64,000 nt of DNA from an uncultured delta proteobacterium (lineage in GTDB: Bacteria > Desulfobacterota > Desulfobacteria > Desulfobacterales > Desulfosalsimonadaceae), in contig CAWGYD010000003.1 in assembly GCA_963826785.1 (NCBI GenBank), forward strand, positions 64,001 to 128,000, in the 5' to 3' direction. The translations under genes were made by a program, and so were the position numbers. The number at the start of each line of letters is the position of its first letter. Position 1 is the first letter of the stretch. Below the pieces are notes generated by a model. That model was given only the letters and a program-made list of their open reading frames with translations, made no database searches and was not told the DNA's origin. Below are positions 54,537 through 64,000 of this stretch, piece after piece.

Positions 54537-54611
54537 TGGTAGGCGCGATTGGACTTGAACCAACGACTTCTACCGTGTCGGGGTAGCGCTCTTCCTCTGA
54601 GCTACGCGCCT
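54537..54611 (-). tRNA. tRNA-Val(GAC)
   Basis: AGGCGCG...CGCGCCT-A-CCA; anticodon arm CTACC-CCGACAC-GGTAG. Confidence 0.93.
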
Positions 54612-54693
54612 GTAAAACAAATTTTTAACACCGCTTCGGCCGTTCTGTCAAGCAAAAATCAAGCATATCGGTATTCCTTAGGCAGATTGAAAG

Positions 54694-56646
54694 ATGAAAA
54701 AAAACAGTAAAATAAGGTTTATCGCCGGGGCCACAGCCATCCTTGCCGCTATTTTATGCGGTGTGGCGGCGGGGGTAATGGTCTCCATTACCCGGGATCT
54801 TCCCCAGATTCGAGAATTGGAAAACTTCAAGCCATCAGCGGTGACTCGGATTTACTCGCTGGAAAAAACACTGCTGGCGGAATTATATACCCAGAGGCGC
54901 GATCCCGTGCCCATCAATCAGATTCCCGCCTATCTCCAAAAGGCATTGATCGCCACCGAAGACCGCCAATTTTATGAACACAGCGGCATCGACATCAAGG
55001 GGATCTTACGTGCGGTCATACACGACCTCATTGCCGGAGAATTCGTCCAGGGCGCCAGCACCATCACCCAGCAGCTTTCAAAAACCCTTTTTTTGACCCG
55101 GGACAAGACCATAGAGCGGAAGATCAAGGAGGCCTTTCTGGCCCTGCAGCTGGAGCGGCGGTACACGAAAGATGAGATACTTGAGCTGTATCTGAACCAG
55201 GTATATTTCGGCAGTGGCGCATACGGTGTGGAATCGGCTGCCCGAACCTATTTCGGAAAAAGCGTTCGCCAACTGGATCTGGCGCAATGCGCCCTGATCG
55301 CCGCCCTGCCCAAGGCGCCATCGGTTTATTCTCCGCTGGTGAACCCGGCGCTTTCGGTTCGTCGCAGGGATATCGTCCTCAAGCAGATGTTAGACACCGG
55401 GATCATCGCACCTGACCAGTATGAACAGGCGATTCATGAGACCTACATCGCGCCGCAAAATCAGACAAACGGAACCCGCGCCCCTTATTTTGCAGATTAC
55501 GTTAAAAATGTCCTGGAAAAAGAAATCGGAGCCGCTCTCCTGTACAAGGGCGGACTGACCGTTTTCACCACCCTCTCTTTCCCCCTGCAGGAATTCGCCG
55601 AGCAGGCTTCAGGCCGTGGGATCAATGCGGTCGCCGAAAGGATGGCCGGAAACCGGATTAAAGATCCCGACCCCCAGTGCGCACTGGTTGCACTGGATAT
55701 CCAGACCGGCGGCATTCTGGCCATGGTGGGCGGAAAAGATCACCGGAAAAGCAGGTACAATCGTGCAACTGACGCACGCCGCCAGCCGGGCTCGGCCTTT
55801 AAGCCCATCGTCTATGCACAGGCCATTGAAAAAGGATTCGAGCAGAACCGGCTGATCCTGGATGCTCCGGCGGCCTTTAAGGGGTCTTCACCGGAGGATG
55901 TGTGGCAGCCGGAAAATTTTTCCAATTCGTATCAGGGAGAAATGTCCCTGCGAAAGGCATTGACCCATTCTGAAAATCTGCCGGCAGTCCGGCTGATGGA
56001 AAAGCTCGGCCCCGCAGGCGTCAGTGCATTTGCCAGATCGCTGGGAATTGAGTCCGCATTATCGAACTATCTTTCACTGGCGCTTGGCACCTCCGAGGTC
56101 AACCTCATGGAACTGACGGCCGCTTATGCCGTATTCGCCAATCAGGGCAGCTATGTCCGTCCATACGGCATCACCGACGTGCTGGGGCCGGACGGGTTGT
56201 CCATCTGGCGGCCGAAAATGGAAAAGCGGGCGGTGATGTCCCGGACGGGCGCCGCCATTGTCACCGACATGCTTCAAGGGGTCATCAGTGAAGGAACCGG
56301 CAAAAAGGCCGGGGTCATTCATCACCCGGTTGCCGGAAAGACCGGCACCACCAATCAATGCCGCGATGCCACCTTCATCGGCTATTCCCCCTCCATCGCT
56401 GCCGGCGTGTGGGTGGGAAATGATCAATTCACGACGCTCGGGCCTTACGAAACCGGTGCTGCGGCCGCCCTGCCCATCTGGATTAATTTCATGCAGCAGG
56501 CCCTTGCCCTGCGGCCGTACCAGTTTTTCGACATGCCGGACAACGTGGTGAAGGTCGATATCGATCCTGACACCGGAAAACCCCTGCCGCAAGAGAGCGG
56601 CGGTGTTCCCGCCCTGTTTCGAAAAAGCGGCGCACCGGCAAGATAA
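54694..56646 (+). CDS. class A penicillin-binding protein (PBP1A family)
   Basis: ATEDRQF, GASTITQQ, RKIKE, SAFK, SEN, KTGT. Confidence 0.93.
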   Translation: MKKNSKIRFIAGATAILAAILCGVAAGVMVSITRDLPQIRELENFKPSAVTRIYSLEKTLLAELYTQRRDPVPINQIPAYLQKALIATEDRQFYEHSGIDIKGILRAVIHDLIAGEFVQGASTITQQLSKTLFLTRDKTIERKIKEAFLALQLERRYTKDEILELYLNQVYFGSGAYGVESAARTYFGKSVRQLDLAQCALIAALPKAPSVYSPLVNPALSVRRRDIVLKQMLDTGIIAPDQYEQAIHETYIAPQNQTNGTRAPYFADYVKNVLEKEIGAALLYKGGLTVFTTLSFPLQEFAEQASGRGINAVAERMAGNRIKDPDPQCALVALDIQTGGILAMVGGKDHRKSRYNRATDARRQPGSAFKPIVYAQAIEKGFEQNRLILDAPAAFKGSSPEDVWQPENFSNSYQGEMSLRKALTHSENLPAVRLMEKLGPAGVSAFARSLGIESALSNYLSLALGTSEVNLMELTAAYAVFANQGSYVRPYGITDVLGPDGLSIWRPKMEKRAVMSRTGAAIVTDMLQGVISEGTGKKAGVIHHPVAGKTGTTNQCRDATFIGYSPSIAAGVWVGNDQFTTLGPYETGAAAALPIWINFMQQALALRPYQFFDMPDNVVKVDIDPDTGKPLPQESGGVPALFRKSGAPAR

Positions 56647-56683
56647 GCCTTGATTTAGACCCCATTGGTGCTAAAACACCCCT

Positions 56684-57145
56684 ATGATTCGAAAAGCCAC
56701 CATAGAAGACATCAAGGAAATACATCTCCTTCTGAAGCATTATGGCCAGAAGGGGGAACTGCTGGCCCGCCCCCTAAGCCGCCTGTACGACCATGTACGG
56801 GATTTTTCGGTATATGTGGAACCGGAAAATGGTCAGATCGTCGGATGCTGTGCGCTTCAGTTCTGCTGGGAGGACCTGGCGGAAATCCGCTCCCTGGCCG
56901 TAAGGGAGAACTTTACGCGCCGGAAAATCGGTACCCGTTTGATGGAAACGGCATTTGAAGAGGCGGGGCGGTTTGCGATCAAAAAATTGTTCACCCTGAC
57001 CTATAAACCCGAATTCTTTAAAAAGTTCGGGTTTATAGCCATCGATAAAGCAGAGCTTCCCTTAAAGATCTGGGCGGACTGCATCCACTGCGTCAAGTTT
57101 CCCGATTGCGATGAAACCGCCATGCTCAAAAATATAGCGGCTTAA
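56684..57145 (+). CDS. GNAT N-acetyltransferase (short ArgA-like)
   Basis: LAEIRSLAV, LFTLTY, KIWADCIHC..FPDCDE. Confidence 0.8.
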   Translation: MIRKATIEDIKEIHLLLKHYGQKGELLARPLSRLYDHVRDFSVYVEPENGQIVGCCALQFCWEDLAEIRSLAVRENFTRRKIGTRLMETAFEEAGRFAIKKLFTLTYKPEFFKKFGFIAIDKAELPLKIWADCIHCVKFPDCDETAMLKNIAA

Positions 57146-58206
57146 GTGTAGATCAGGTTGTACTTCAGCGGTCTGAATTCCCATACTCTGGGCAGCGGCA
57201 GAATCTGCTGGTCCCCTACGGAAAGCCAGTAGAGTTCGGGTTTGAGTTCCCGCAATTTCCCGCTTTCCGGCGGCAGGGCATGGGAATTGTAGGTATAGGA
57301 AGTATGGAAGATAAACAGACCGCCCGTATTATGCTTGTCGATCATGTAATTCTTTTTGAAATCGCGGATGGGCATGTTGCTGGCATCGGCGATTTTGTTC
57401 ATTTCCTTGCCGGATAACTTGATCAGGACATACTTGCTCACCCCGTACTCGGAATACCGGATCAGCGCCCTCGACTCGCTGCTGGAGACATATACCGAGG
57501 AAATGCAGGGAACCCGCCTGAGATACTGCGCCCCCACGATGGCTGCGGTCCGGCGCCCGCCCACCATGTCCGGAAGACCATAATATTCAAAAAATTTCTT
57601 CTGAATATCCTCGGCGTATTTCTCTCCTTTTTCGTAGATGTCCTTGGAAATATAGCGAAGGTACTTGGCCAGGTCCTCTGCGGCTTCCGTGATGGGCCAG
57701 TCGATGCGGACATGGAAATGAGACAGCATGTACCGGTTCTTGCCGGTGGAGGAGGAGGGATCGCGCTGAATCAGCAGCGCATAATCCACCGGAAGCAGTT
57801 CGTCCATGAAATTATTGAAATGGGCCGATTCCAGATACTTCTGGGTGCGGTCAAATTCAGGTTCCAGCGACAGCGGCGTATTGGCGCGAAGCAGGTTTGT
57901 CTTGGTGGTGCGGTTGTTGTCGAAAAAACGGATATATTTTTTATGCTCGGTAGGGATGGTGTCTTCCACGAAAAACACCAAAAAGGAATTCTGGCATTCA
58001 TATTCAACCTTGGGTGTGCGGGCACGCGGCTTGAGTTCCCGGCGCTCCACAAACGGATAGGGGATATCCCGCGCGGCGAAATTCCGGTAGGATTGCGTCA
58101 GGGCCTTGTCGATCAGAAACTGATCGAGTTCATCCCGCAACAGGTTGTAATATGATCGCCTCAGCCGATCGGCAAGACTCAGTTCCTCTCTGATGCAACA
58201 GTACAA
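57142..58206 (-). CDS. hypothetical cytoplasmic protein
   Basis: 354-aa ORF with GC3-biased codons; GGAG SD then TTG; no family recognised. Confidence 0.75.
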   Translation of the reverse strand: MYCCIREELSLADRLRRSYYNLLRDELDQFLIDKALTQSYRNFAARDIPYPFVERRELKPRARTPKVEYECQNSFLVFFVEDTIPTEHKKYIRFFDNNRTTKTNLLRANTPLSLEPEFDRTQKYLESAHFNNFMDELLPVDYALLIQRDPSSSTGKNRYMLSHFHVRIDWPITEAAEDLAKYLRYISKDIYEKGEKYAEDIQKKFFEYYGLPDMVGGRRTAAIVGAQYLRRVPCISSVYVSSSESRALIRYSEYGVSKYVLIKLSGKEMNKIADASNMPIRDFKKNYMIDKHNTGGLFIFHTSYTYNSHALPPESGKLRELKPELYWLSVGDQQILPLPRVWEFRPLKYNLIYT

Positions 58207-58295
58207 AGGCGTCTCCCGTGATCATTTTTCAAATTCCATTATCCATGTAGGGTGTCGTATCAAATTCCATTCAAATAGTCAACTGATATAATTGA

Positions 58296-58988
58296 CTATC
58301 TTTTATCCATTCGCTCCGCCCATGCGTAGATCGCCTTTCTATAGCGAACAGCGGCTGCCACCAGCAGTATGCTGACAACGAAGACAGCGGTGTATATTGC
58401 ATAATTCTGTGTATAGAGGAGATCCCCCTGCAGACTCAGCATCAGGGTTCCCGGCATGCGTCCGAAGGAGGCCAGGAGGATGAAAATCCCGAATGGCAGG
58501 CTCGACACGCCCAGCAGCATGCAAAGATAATCCTTGGGAAAACCGGGAATGAGGAAAAGGATCAGAAGCAAAACGATTCCCTGCCGCTCCAGGTACCGGT
58601 CCACTTTCTTCAACTGATCCTCAGGAATCAGGTTTCGGACAAAGCGCTTCCCCAGAAGGCGGCCGATCCAGAAATTAATCGCTGACCCGGATGCCAGCCC
58701 GATACTGGAATAAAAAAACCCGGGCAGTCCGCCGAAAAGATATCCGCCGACAAAGCCACTGATTTCCCCCGGAAATGGAGCGATGACCACCTGCAGGATC
58801 TGGATGAGGATAAATACCAAGGGGGCGGATGGCCCCCAGCCGGAGATAAACCGGTCAATTTTAGCCCGATCGGTGAACAGATAATAGAAGTCGACAAGCG
58901 GATTCCAAAACAGAAAAATGGCCGCCGCTGCCACGGCAATCAGCAGGATCGGATATCTGAATTTTTTTATGTATGCGGCAAGCGGCAT
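58296..58988 (-). CDS. TVP38/TMEM64 (DedA-superfamily) membrane protein
   Basis: LQVVIAPFPGE, GGYLFG, LIPGFPKD, GRMPG. Confidence 0.85.
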   Translation of the reverse strand: MPLAAYIKKFRYPILLIAVAAAAIFLFWNPLVDFYYLFTDRAKIDRFISGWGPSAPLVFILIQILQVVIAPFPGEISGFVGGYLFGGLPGFFYSSIGLASGSAINFWIGRLLGKRFVRNLIPEDQLKKVDRYLERQGIVLLLILFLIPGFPKDYLCMLLGVSSLPFGIFILLASFGRMPGTLMLSLQGDLLYTQNYAIYTAVFVVSILLVAAAVRYRKAIYAWAERMDKR

Positions 58989-59052
58989 TATGGTGCAATT
59001 ATCGAAAGGCACCGCAGCATTTCCGTTTTAGTTTATTTAAGACCCGCTCGAA

Positions 59053-60228
59053 TTACGCCAGCGCAGCCACGCCCGGCAGTTCTTTTCCTTCCATCAGTTC
59101 CAGGAATGCCCCTCCGCCGGTGGAAATATAGGAAAACCGATTGGCCAGCCCGGTATTATGGACCGCCACCCCGGTGTCGCCGCCGCCGACAATGGTCAGC
59201 GCATGCGCATCGGCAATGCTCTGGGCCAGGGCATCCGTGCCCCGGGCAAAGGCGTCCATCTCAAAAATGCCCATGGGCCCGTTCCAGATGATGGTCCTGG
59301 CGTCTTCAAGGGCTTCTCCAAACAGGCGGGTCGTGGCCGGACCGATATCGAGCGCCATCCATCCTTCAGGAACCTCCTGAACGGGCACGATCCGGGTCTG
59401 GGCCTTTGGATCGACCCGGTCTGCCGCCACTACATCCACGGGCAGATAGAACCGGATACCCTTCTTTTCAGCCGCATCCAGGGTGGCGCCGGCGGTTTCG
59501 ATCAGGTCCGCTTCCACCCTGGAAGCCCCCATGTCGTGGCCGAGGCTCTTTAGAAAGGTGTTGGCCATGGCGCCGCCCACGATGAACTTATCCACCCGCC
59601 CCATCATATTCTCCAGCGCCCCGATCTTGGTGGAGGTTTTGGCGCCCCCCAGAACCGCGACCAGCGGCCGCCGGGGATGCTCCATGGCCTGGCGGAAATA
59701 ATCGATCTCTTTTTTCAGCAGAAAACCGGCCCCGCTCTTCGGCGCCTGCCGGACAATGCCGTCCACCGAGGCATGGGCGCGATGGCAGGCGGCAAACGCG
59801 TCATTGATGTAAACATCGCACAAGGCAGCCAGTTTTTTCGCAAATTCGGGATCGTTGCTCTTTTCCCCGGCATGGAACCTCAGGTTCTCCAGCAGCACGA
59901 CATCGCCCGGCTTCATCTGCGAAACCAGCTTCTCCACTTCCGGGCCGATGCAGTCGGGGGCCATTTCGATTTTTTTATCCAGCAGTTCGGACAGACGCCG
60001 GGCAGCGGGTGCCAGGGTCAACGCGGGATCGGGTTTCCCCTTGGGCCGACCCATGTGGGACATGAGGATCAGTTTTCCCTGCTGATCCAGAATATAGCGG
60101 ATGGTGGGCAAGACGGAGCGGATCCGGTTGTCATCTGTTATATTTCCCTGATCATCGAGGGGGACATTGAAATCCACCCGCACCAGAACTCTTTTTGATT
60201 TCACATCCAGATCTTGTATGGACCGCAT
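59053..60228 (-). CDS. pgk: phosphoglycerate kinase
   Basis: RVDFNVP, LENLRF, WNGPMG, GGGDT, STGGGA. Confidence 0.97.
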   Translation of the reverse strand: MRSIQDLDVKSKRVLVRVDFNVPLDDQGNITDDNRIRSVLPTIRYILDQQGKLILMSHMGRPKGKPDPALTLAPAARRLSELLDKKIEMAPDCIGPEVEKLVSQMKPGDVVLLENLRFHAGEKSNDPEFAKKLAALCDVYINDAFAACHRAHASVDGIVRQAPKSGAGFLLKKEIDYFRQAMEHPRRPLVAVLGGAKTSTKIGALENMMGRVDKFIVGGAMANTFLKSLGHDMGASRVEADLIETAGATLDAAEKKGIRFYLPVDVVAADRVDPKAQTRIVPVQEVPEGWMALDIGPATTRLFGEALEDARTIIWNGPMGIFEMDAFARGTDALAQSIADAHALTIVGGGDTGVAVHNTGLANRFSYISTGGGAFLELMEGKELPGVAALA

Positions 60229-60246
60229 GGCGGACTCTCCTTTGGC

Positions 60247-60525
60247 CTATTGATGATCCTTTGGTTTGGCTGATTTCTGGCGGAGATACTTGATTTTCGA
60301 CCACCGCCGCACAAAACCGATTTTTCCGGCAGCATATGCCCTGTTGACCCGCTCTTCCTCGAACCGGATGCCGGCCGGCCGTGTCATGGCGCTTCGCATG
60401 CATTCGGTTTTAAACTCGCACCGCATGCATTTTTCCGGGGAATGCCGCAGGCCGTCCTCCCCGGGAGGAAACACGATGTCCAGATTGCCGTGGCACTCGG
60501 GCCTGGAATTTTTTTGATCTGCCAT
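60247..60525 (-). CDS. small 4-Cys hypothetical protein
   Basis: PECHG...CMRCEFKTEC; start overlaps the radC stop (TAATG). Confidence 0.7.
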   Translation of the reverse strand: MADQKNSRPECHGNLDIVFPPGEDGLRHSPEKCMRCEFKTECMRSAMTRPAGIRFEEERVNRAYAAGKIGFVRRWSKIKYLRQKSAKPKDHQ

Positions 60526-61274
60526 TACCGCGATACCTGATTTGATCCCCTGGCCTGAAACTCCCGGGTAAAATTGGCGATGGTTCCGGCGTCCGCGAAA
60601 CTGAAATACACCTTGTCTCCGATCACGATGTGCTCGTGCACCGTAATGCCCATGGTCATGCAGGCAAACACCAGTTGACGGGTGATGGCGTGATCCGCAC
60701 TCGACGGCTCCGGGTCCCCGGAAGGATGGTTGTGCGCAAAAATCAGGGCGGCCGCCTGGTGCGAAAGGGCTTTTCGGATCACCTCCCGCGGATAGACGGA
60801 GCTTGCGCTCAGGGTCCCTTCAAACAGGATCTCCGAAGCGATCACCCGATTTTTTGCATCCAGAAAAACCGCCGTGAAACATTCGGTTTGTCTCGCCCCC
60901 ATCCGGTGGTACAGAAAATCAAACAGATCTCTGGAGTTGTTGAGCGGATCCTTCCGGGTCAGCTTCTTTTCCAGGCACCGGTCGGCCACTGCCTTGATCA
61001 GCCGGATTCCAAAGGCATTGACCGGGCCGACGCCGTCGATGGCGCACAAGTCGGCCACAGACGCTTCGAGCACTCCCGGCAGGGTTTTAAACCGCTTCAG
61101 CAGCGCCTTTCCCGCATCCTTGCAGTCTTTGCGCGGGGTCGCCAGGGTCAGCAGCATCTCGATGACTTCGTAATCGTGGAAACCCTCCAGACCGGAAGCC
61201 AGAAACCGCTCCCGAAGCCGTTTCCGGTGCCCCTCCCCCTTGTGCTTTTTGTTTTCAGTCACATCAGATGGCAT
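60525..61274 (-). CDS. radC: RadC family (JAB domain) protein
   Basis: GHRKRLRERF, VYPREV, AHNHPSG; start approximate. Confidence 0.9.
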   Translation of the reverse strand: MPSDVTENKKHKGEGHRKRLRERFLASGLEGFHDYEVIEMLLTLATPRKDCKDAGKALLKRFKTLPGVLEASVADLCAIDGVGPVNAFGIRLIKAVADRCLEKKLTRKDPLNNSRDLFDFLYHRMGARQTECFTAVFLDAKNRVIASEILFEGTLSASSVYPREVIRKALSHQAAALIFAHNHPSGDPEPSSADHAITRQLVFACMTMGITVHEHIVIGDKVYFSFADAGTIANFTREFQARGSNQVSR

Positions 61275-61429
61275 ATCGGCCGGACACTTGCTGCCTGTAA
61301 AAAAAATAACCTTGGCAAAGCCGTCCGCAAGCGGTTTCTGGTATTCAGGACGGCGCACGGATTCCTGCTCCCGCGATTTTCCAGATTAAATCCGATGACG
61401 ATGCCTGCCGTGAAGCCGGGCGATGACCG

Positions 61430-62455
61430 TCAGCGGATATCCTCGAGTTCATCTTTGAGATCCCGGGTCATCAGCTGAAACACGGCATCTTTTGGCGCCA
61501 GCCCCTCATAGAGGACCTGGTAGACGGCATGGGAGATGGGCATCTCCACGCCCATGCGATTGGAAAGATTGTACACCGACCGGGCGGTTTTCACCCCTTC
61601 GGCCACCATTTTCATGTCTGATAGAATCTCGTCCAGGGTTTCCCCCTGGCCGATCCGAACGCCCACCGTGTGATTTCGGCTCAGGGTGCCGGTGCAGGTC
61701 AATACCAGGTCGCCCACCCCGGAGAGGCCGGCAAACGTGTGGGGATTGGCCCCCAGTGCAAGGCCCAGGCGCCGCAGCTCCGCAAGTCCCCGGGTGATGA
61801 GCGCCGCCCGGCTGTTCAGTCCCAGCCCAAGCCCGTCCACGATGCCCGAGGCAATGGCGATCACGTTTTTGACCGCCCCGCCCAGTTCCACGCCGATGAC
61901 ATCATCATGGGTGTACACCCGGAAATACGGGGAGGCGAAAACCGCCTGCACATATTCGGCCACCAGCGGATCCTTTGCGGCCGCGGTCACCACGGTCGGC
62001 ATCTTCGCCACCACCTCCCGGGCAAAACTCGGGCCGGAAAGAACCGCCAGACGGGGGACAAAAGCGGGTGGCAGGATTTCTGCCAATATTCCGGTCATGG
62101 TGAGATGGGTCTTGTTCTCGATTCCCTTGGATGCAGAAACGACTACGGTTTCCGGGGCAAGATACGGGGCCATCCGGGCGGCGACATCGCGCATCACATG
62201 GGAGGGCACCACGATCAGCACCAGATCCTTTTTGGCCGCCACTTCAGACAGGTCCGTAGACGGCCGGATATTTTCCGAAAGCGATATCCCGGGCAGGAAA
62301 ACGGAATTCTCATGCCGGTTTTCAATGCTCTCCTTGACTTCCGTTTCAAATGCCCAGAGTTCGACTTCATACCCGTTTGTCCCCAGCAGACTGGCCAGGG
62401 CCGTTCCCCAGCTGCCGGCGCCCACCACCCCGATGCGGACCGAATGGCTGCCCAT
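61430..62455 (-). CDS. gpsA: NAD(P)H-dependent glycerol-3-phosphate dehydrogenase
   Basis: GAGSWGTA, SKGIE, SGPSFA, GAVKNVIAI, GDLVLTC, SRN. Confidence 0.95.
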   Translation of the reverse strand: MGSHSVRIGVVGAGSWGTALASLLGTNGYEVELWAFETEVKESIENRHENSVFLPGISLSENIRPSTDLSEVAAKKDLVLIVVPSHVMRDVAARMAPYLAPETVVVSASKGIENKTHLTMTGILAEILPPAFVPRLAVLSGPSFAREVVAKMPTVVTAAAKDPLVAEYVQAVFASPYFRVYTHDDVIGVELGGAVKNVIAIASGIVDGLGLGLNSRAALITRGLAELRRLGLALGANPHTFAGLSGVGDLVLTCTGTLSRNHTVGVRIGQGETLDEILSDMKMVAEGVKTARSVYNLSNRMGVEMPISHAVYQVLYEGLAPKDAVFQLMTRDLKDELEDIR

Positions 62456-62456
62456 T

Positions 62457-64000
62457 TTATTCTTCAACCTCTTCTTCGGATTCGCTGTCGGAATCGTCTT
62501 CTGAATCTTCCGAACCGTTTTCGGCCTCGGCCAGCCGGGCCGCACTCACCAGCCGCTCCCCGGGTTCCATGTCAATGAGCCTGACCCCCTGGGTGTTGCG
62601 GCTGATCACGGAAATGCCGTCTATGGGGACCCGGATGATTTTTCCGATATCGGTGATGAGCATGACCTCATCCGTATCGTTTACCACCAGGATAGTCACC
62701 ACCCTGCCGTTTCGCTCGTTGGTCTTTATGGTGATCACGCCCTTGCCGCCGCGCTTCTGCACCGGATACTCATCGATCAGGGTCCGTTTGCCGTAACCGT
62801 TTTCAGTGGCGGTAAAGAGCGTTTCGCCGTGGGTCAGCACTGCCATGCCCACCAGGAGGTCGTCTGCCGCAAAGCGCATCCCCAGGACGCCCCTGGCGGT
62901 GCGGCCGGTGGGGCGAACGTCCGATTCGTGAAAACGGATCGACTTTCCCGCGGCAGAGCACAAAAACACATCCAGGGAGCCGTCGGTGAGCCGGGCGGCG
63001 ATCAGTTCATCTCCTTCCACCAGGTCGATGGCGATGATGCCGCCGGCCCGGGGCCGGGACAGGGCCATGATATCGGTTTTCTTGATCAGGCCGGACCGGG
63101 TGGTCAGGATGACAAAGCTGCCGGGCGTGAACTCCGGCACCGCCAGGATAGTGGTCAGATGCTCATCTTCCCTGAAGTCGAGAAGATTGACAATGGCCTT
63201 GCCGCGGCTGGTGCGGCTTCCCTGGGGAATATCGTAGACCTTGCACCAGTACACGCGCCCCTGGTTGGTGAAAAACAGGAAGGTGTGGTGGGTGGAGGCC
63301 ACGAAAAGGTGTTCCAAAAAATCCTCATCCTTGGTCCCCATGCCGGTCTTTCCCTTGCCGCCCCGGCGCTGCTGGGCGTACATGGTGATGGGGTTGCGCT
63401 TGATGTAGCCGCTGTTTGAGATGGTCACCACCATGTCTTCTTCCGCGATCATGTCGGCAAGGGTGATTTCACGGGTTTCGGCCACGATCTGGCTGCGGCG
63501 CTCGTCTCCGAAATTTTCCTGAATTTCCGACAATTCGTCCTTGATGAGGTTTAAGATAATCCGCTCGCTGGAAAGGATTTCCTTGAACCGCGCGATATCC
63601 TTGAGCACCTCGATATGCTCCTGCTTGATCTTGTCCCGCTCCAGTCCGGTGAGCCGCTGCAGGCGCATCTCCAATATGGACTGGGCCTGGATATCGCTCA
63701 GTTCGAACCGGGAAATGAGTTTTTCTTTTGCCTCGGGCGGCGACGGGGAACTCCGGATCAGGGATACCACTTCATCCAGGTTGTCGATGGCGATGATCAG
63801 CCCTTCCAGGATGTGGGCCCGGGCCTCGGCTTTTTTCAGGTCGTATCGGGTCCGCCGGATGATGATGTCCTTGCGGTGAATGATGAAATGCTCCAGGATC
63901 TCCTTGAGATTCATCAATTCGGGCCGCTTGTTCACCACCGCCAGGAAAATGATCCCGAAATTGTTCTCCAGCTGCGTCTGCTTGTAGAGCTGGTTTAAAA
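62457..64000 (-). CDS. gyrA: DNA gyrase subunit A (5' part outside the window)
   Basis: GyrA box QRRGGKG, beta-pinwheel repeats, acidic tail. Confidence 0.95.
   Translation of the reverse strand, partial: LNQLYKQTQLENNFGIIFLAVVNKRPELMNLKEILEHFIIHRKDIIIRRTRYDLKKAEARAHILEGLIIAIDNLDEVVSLIRSSPSPPEAKEKLISRFELSDIQAQSILEMRLQRLTGLERDKIKQEHIEVLKDIARFKEILSSERIILNLIKDELSEIQENFGDERRSQIVAETREITLADMIAEEDMVVTISNSGYIKRNPITMYAQQRRGGKGKTGMGTKDEDFLEHLFVASTHHTFLFFTNQGRVYWCKVYDIPQGSRTSRGKAIVNLLDFREDEHLTTILAVPEFTPGSFVILTTRSGLIKKTDIMALSRPRAGGIIAIDLVEGDELIAARLTDGSLDVFLCSAAGKSIRFHESDVRPTGRTARGVLGMRFAADDLLVGMAVLTHGETLFTATENGYGKRTLIDEYPVQKRGGKGVITIKTNERNGRVVTILVVNDTDEVMLITDIGKIIRVPIDGISVISRNTQGVRLIDMEPGERLVSAARLAEAENGSEDSEDDSDSESEEEVEE

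Noticed and set aside
60525..61274. radC as a marker of a mobile element
   Set aside because: It is the full-length chromosomal type embedded in the gyrA-gpsA-pgk core operon.

Overview
This 64 kb window is mostly core chromosome of a GC-rich deltaproteobacterium. Gene order and protein style suggest Desulfobacterota/Desulfobacterales (inference). Housekeeping content: uppP, manC, a thiE-thiL fusion, prfB with the canonical +1 frameshift, lnt, rmlDBAC, tRNA-Leu-tig-clpP-clpX-lon, five tRNAs (Pro-TGG, Leu-TAG, Val-TAC, Asp-GTC, Val-GAC), thrC, serS, der, rarA, dgt, a Dus enzyme, rimO, a polyprenyl synthase, PBP1A, pgk, radC, gpsA and the 3' part of gyrA. Two accessory stretches lie downstream of tRNA genes. 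The first (about 20.7-33.2 kb) holds a glycosyltransferase/radical SAM/degenerate methyltransferase operon, an orphan GatZ-like epimerase, a YHS-lactate dehydrogenase fusion, a Fur-type box, a Met-rich secreted protein, a thioredoxin reductase-like flavoprotein lacking NADPH motifs, an Fe-S protein, and TPR and Sel1 proteins. The second (about 51.8-54.5 kb) is AT-rich and holds a probably sigma54-driven secreted protein, a small membrane protein and an orphan type IV pilin. No CRISPR array, rRNA, transposase or integrase was seen. rarA and an enoyl-CoA hydratase carry single-base insertions that look like sequencing errors. All family calls come from motif recognition by eye; no database search was run.
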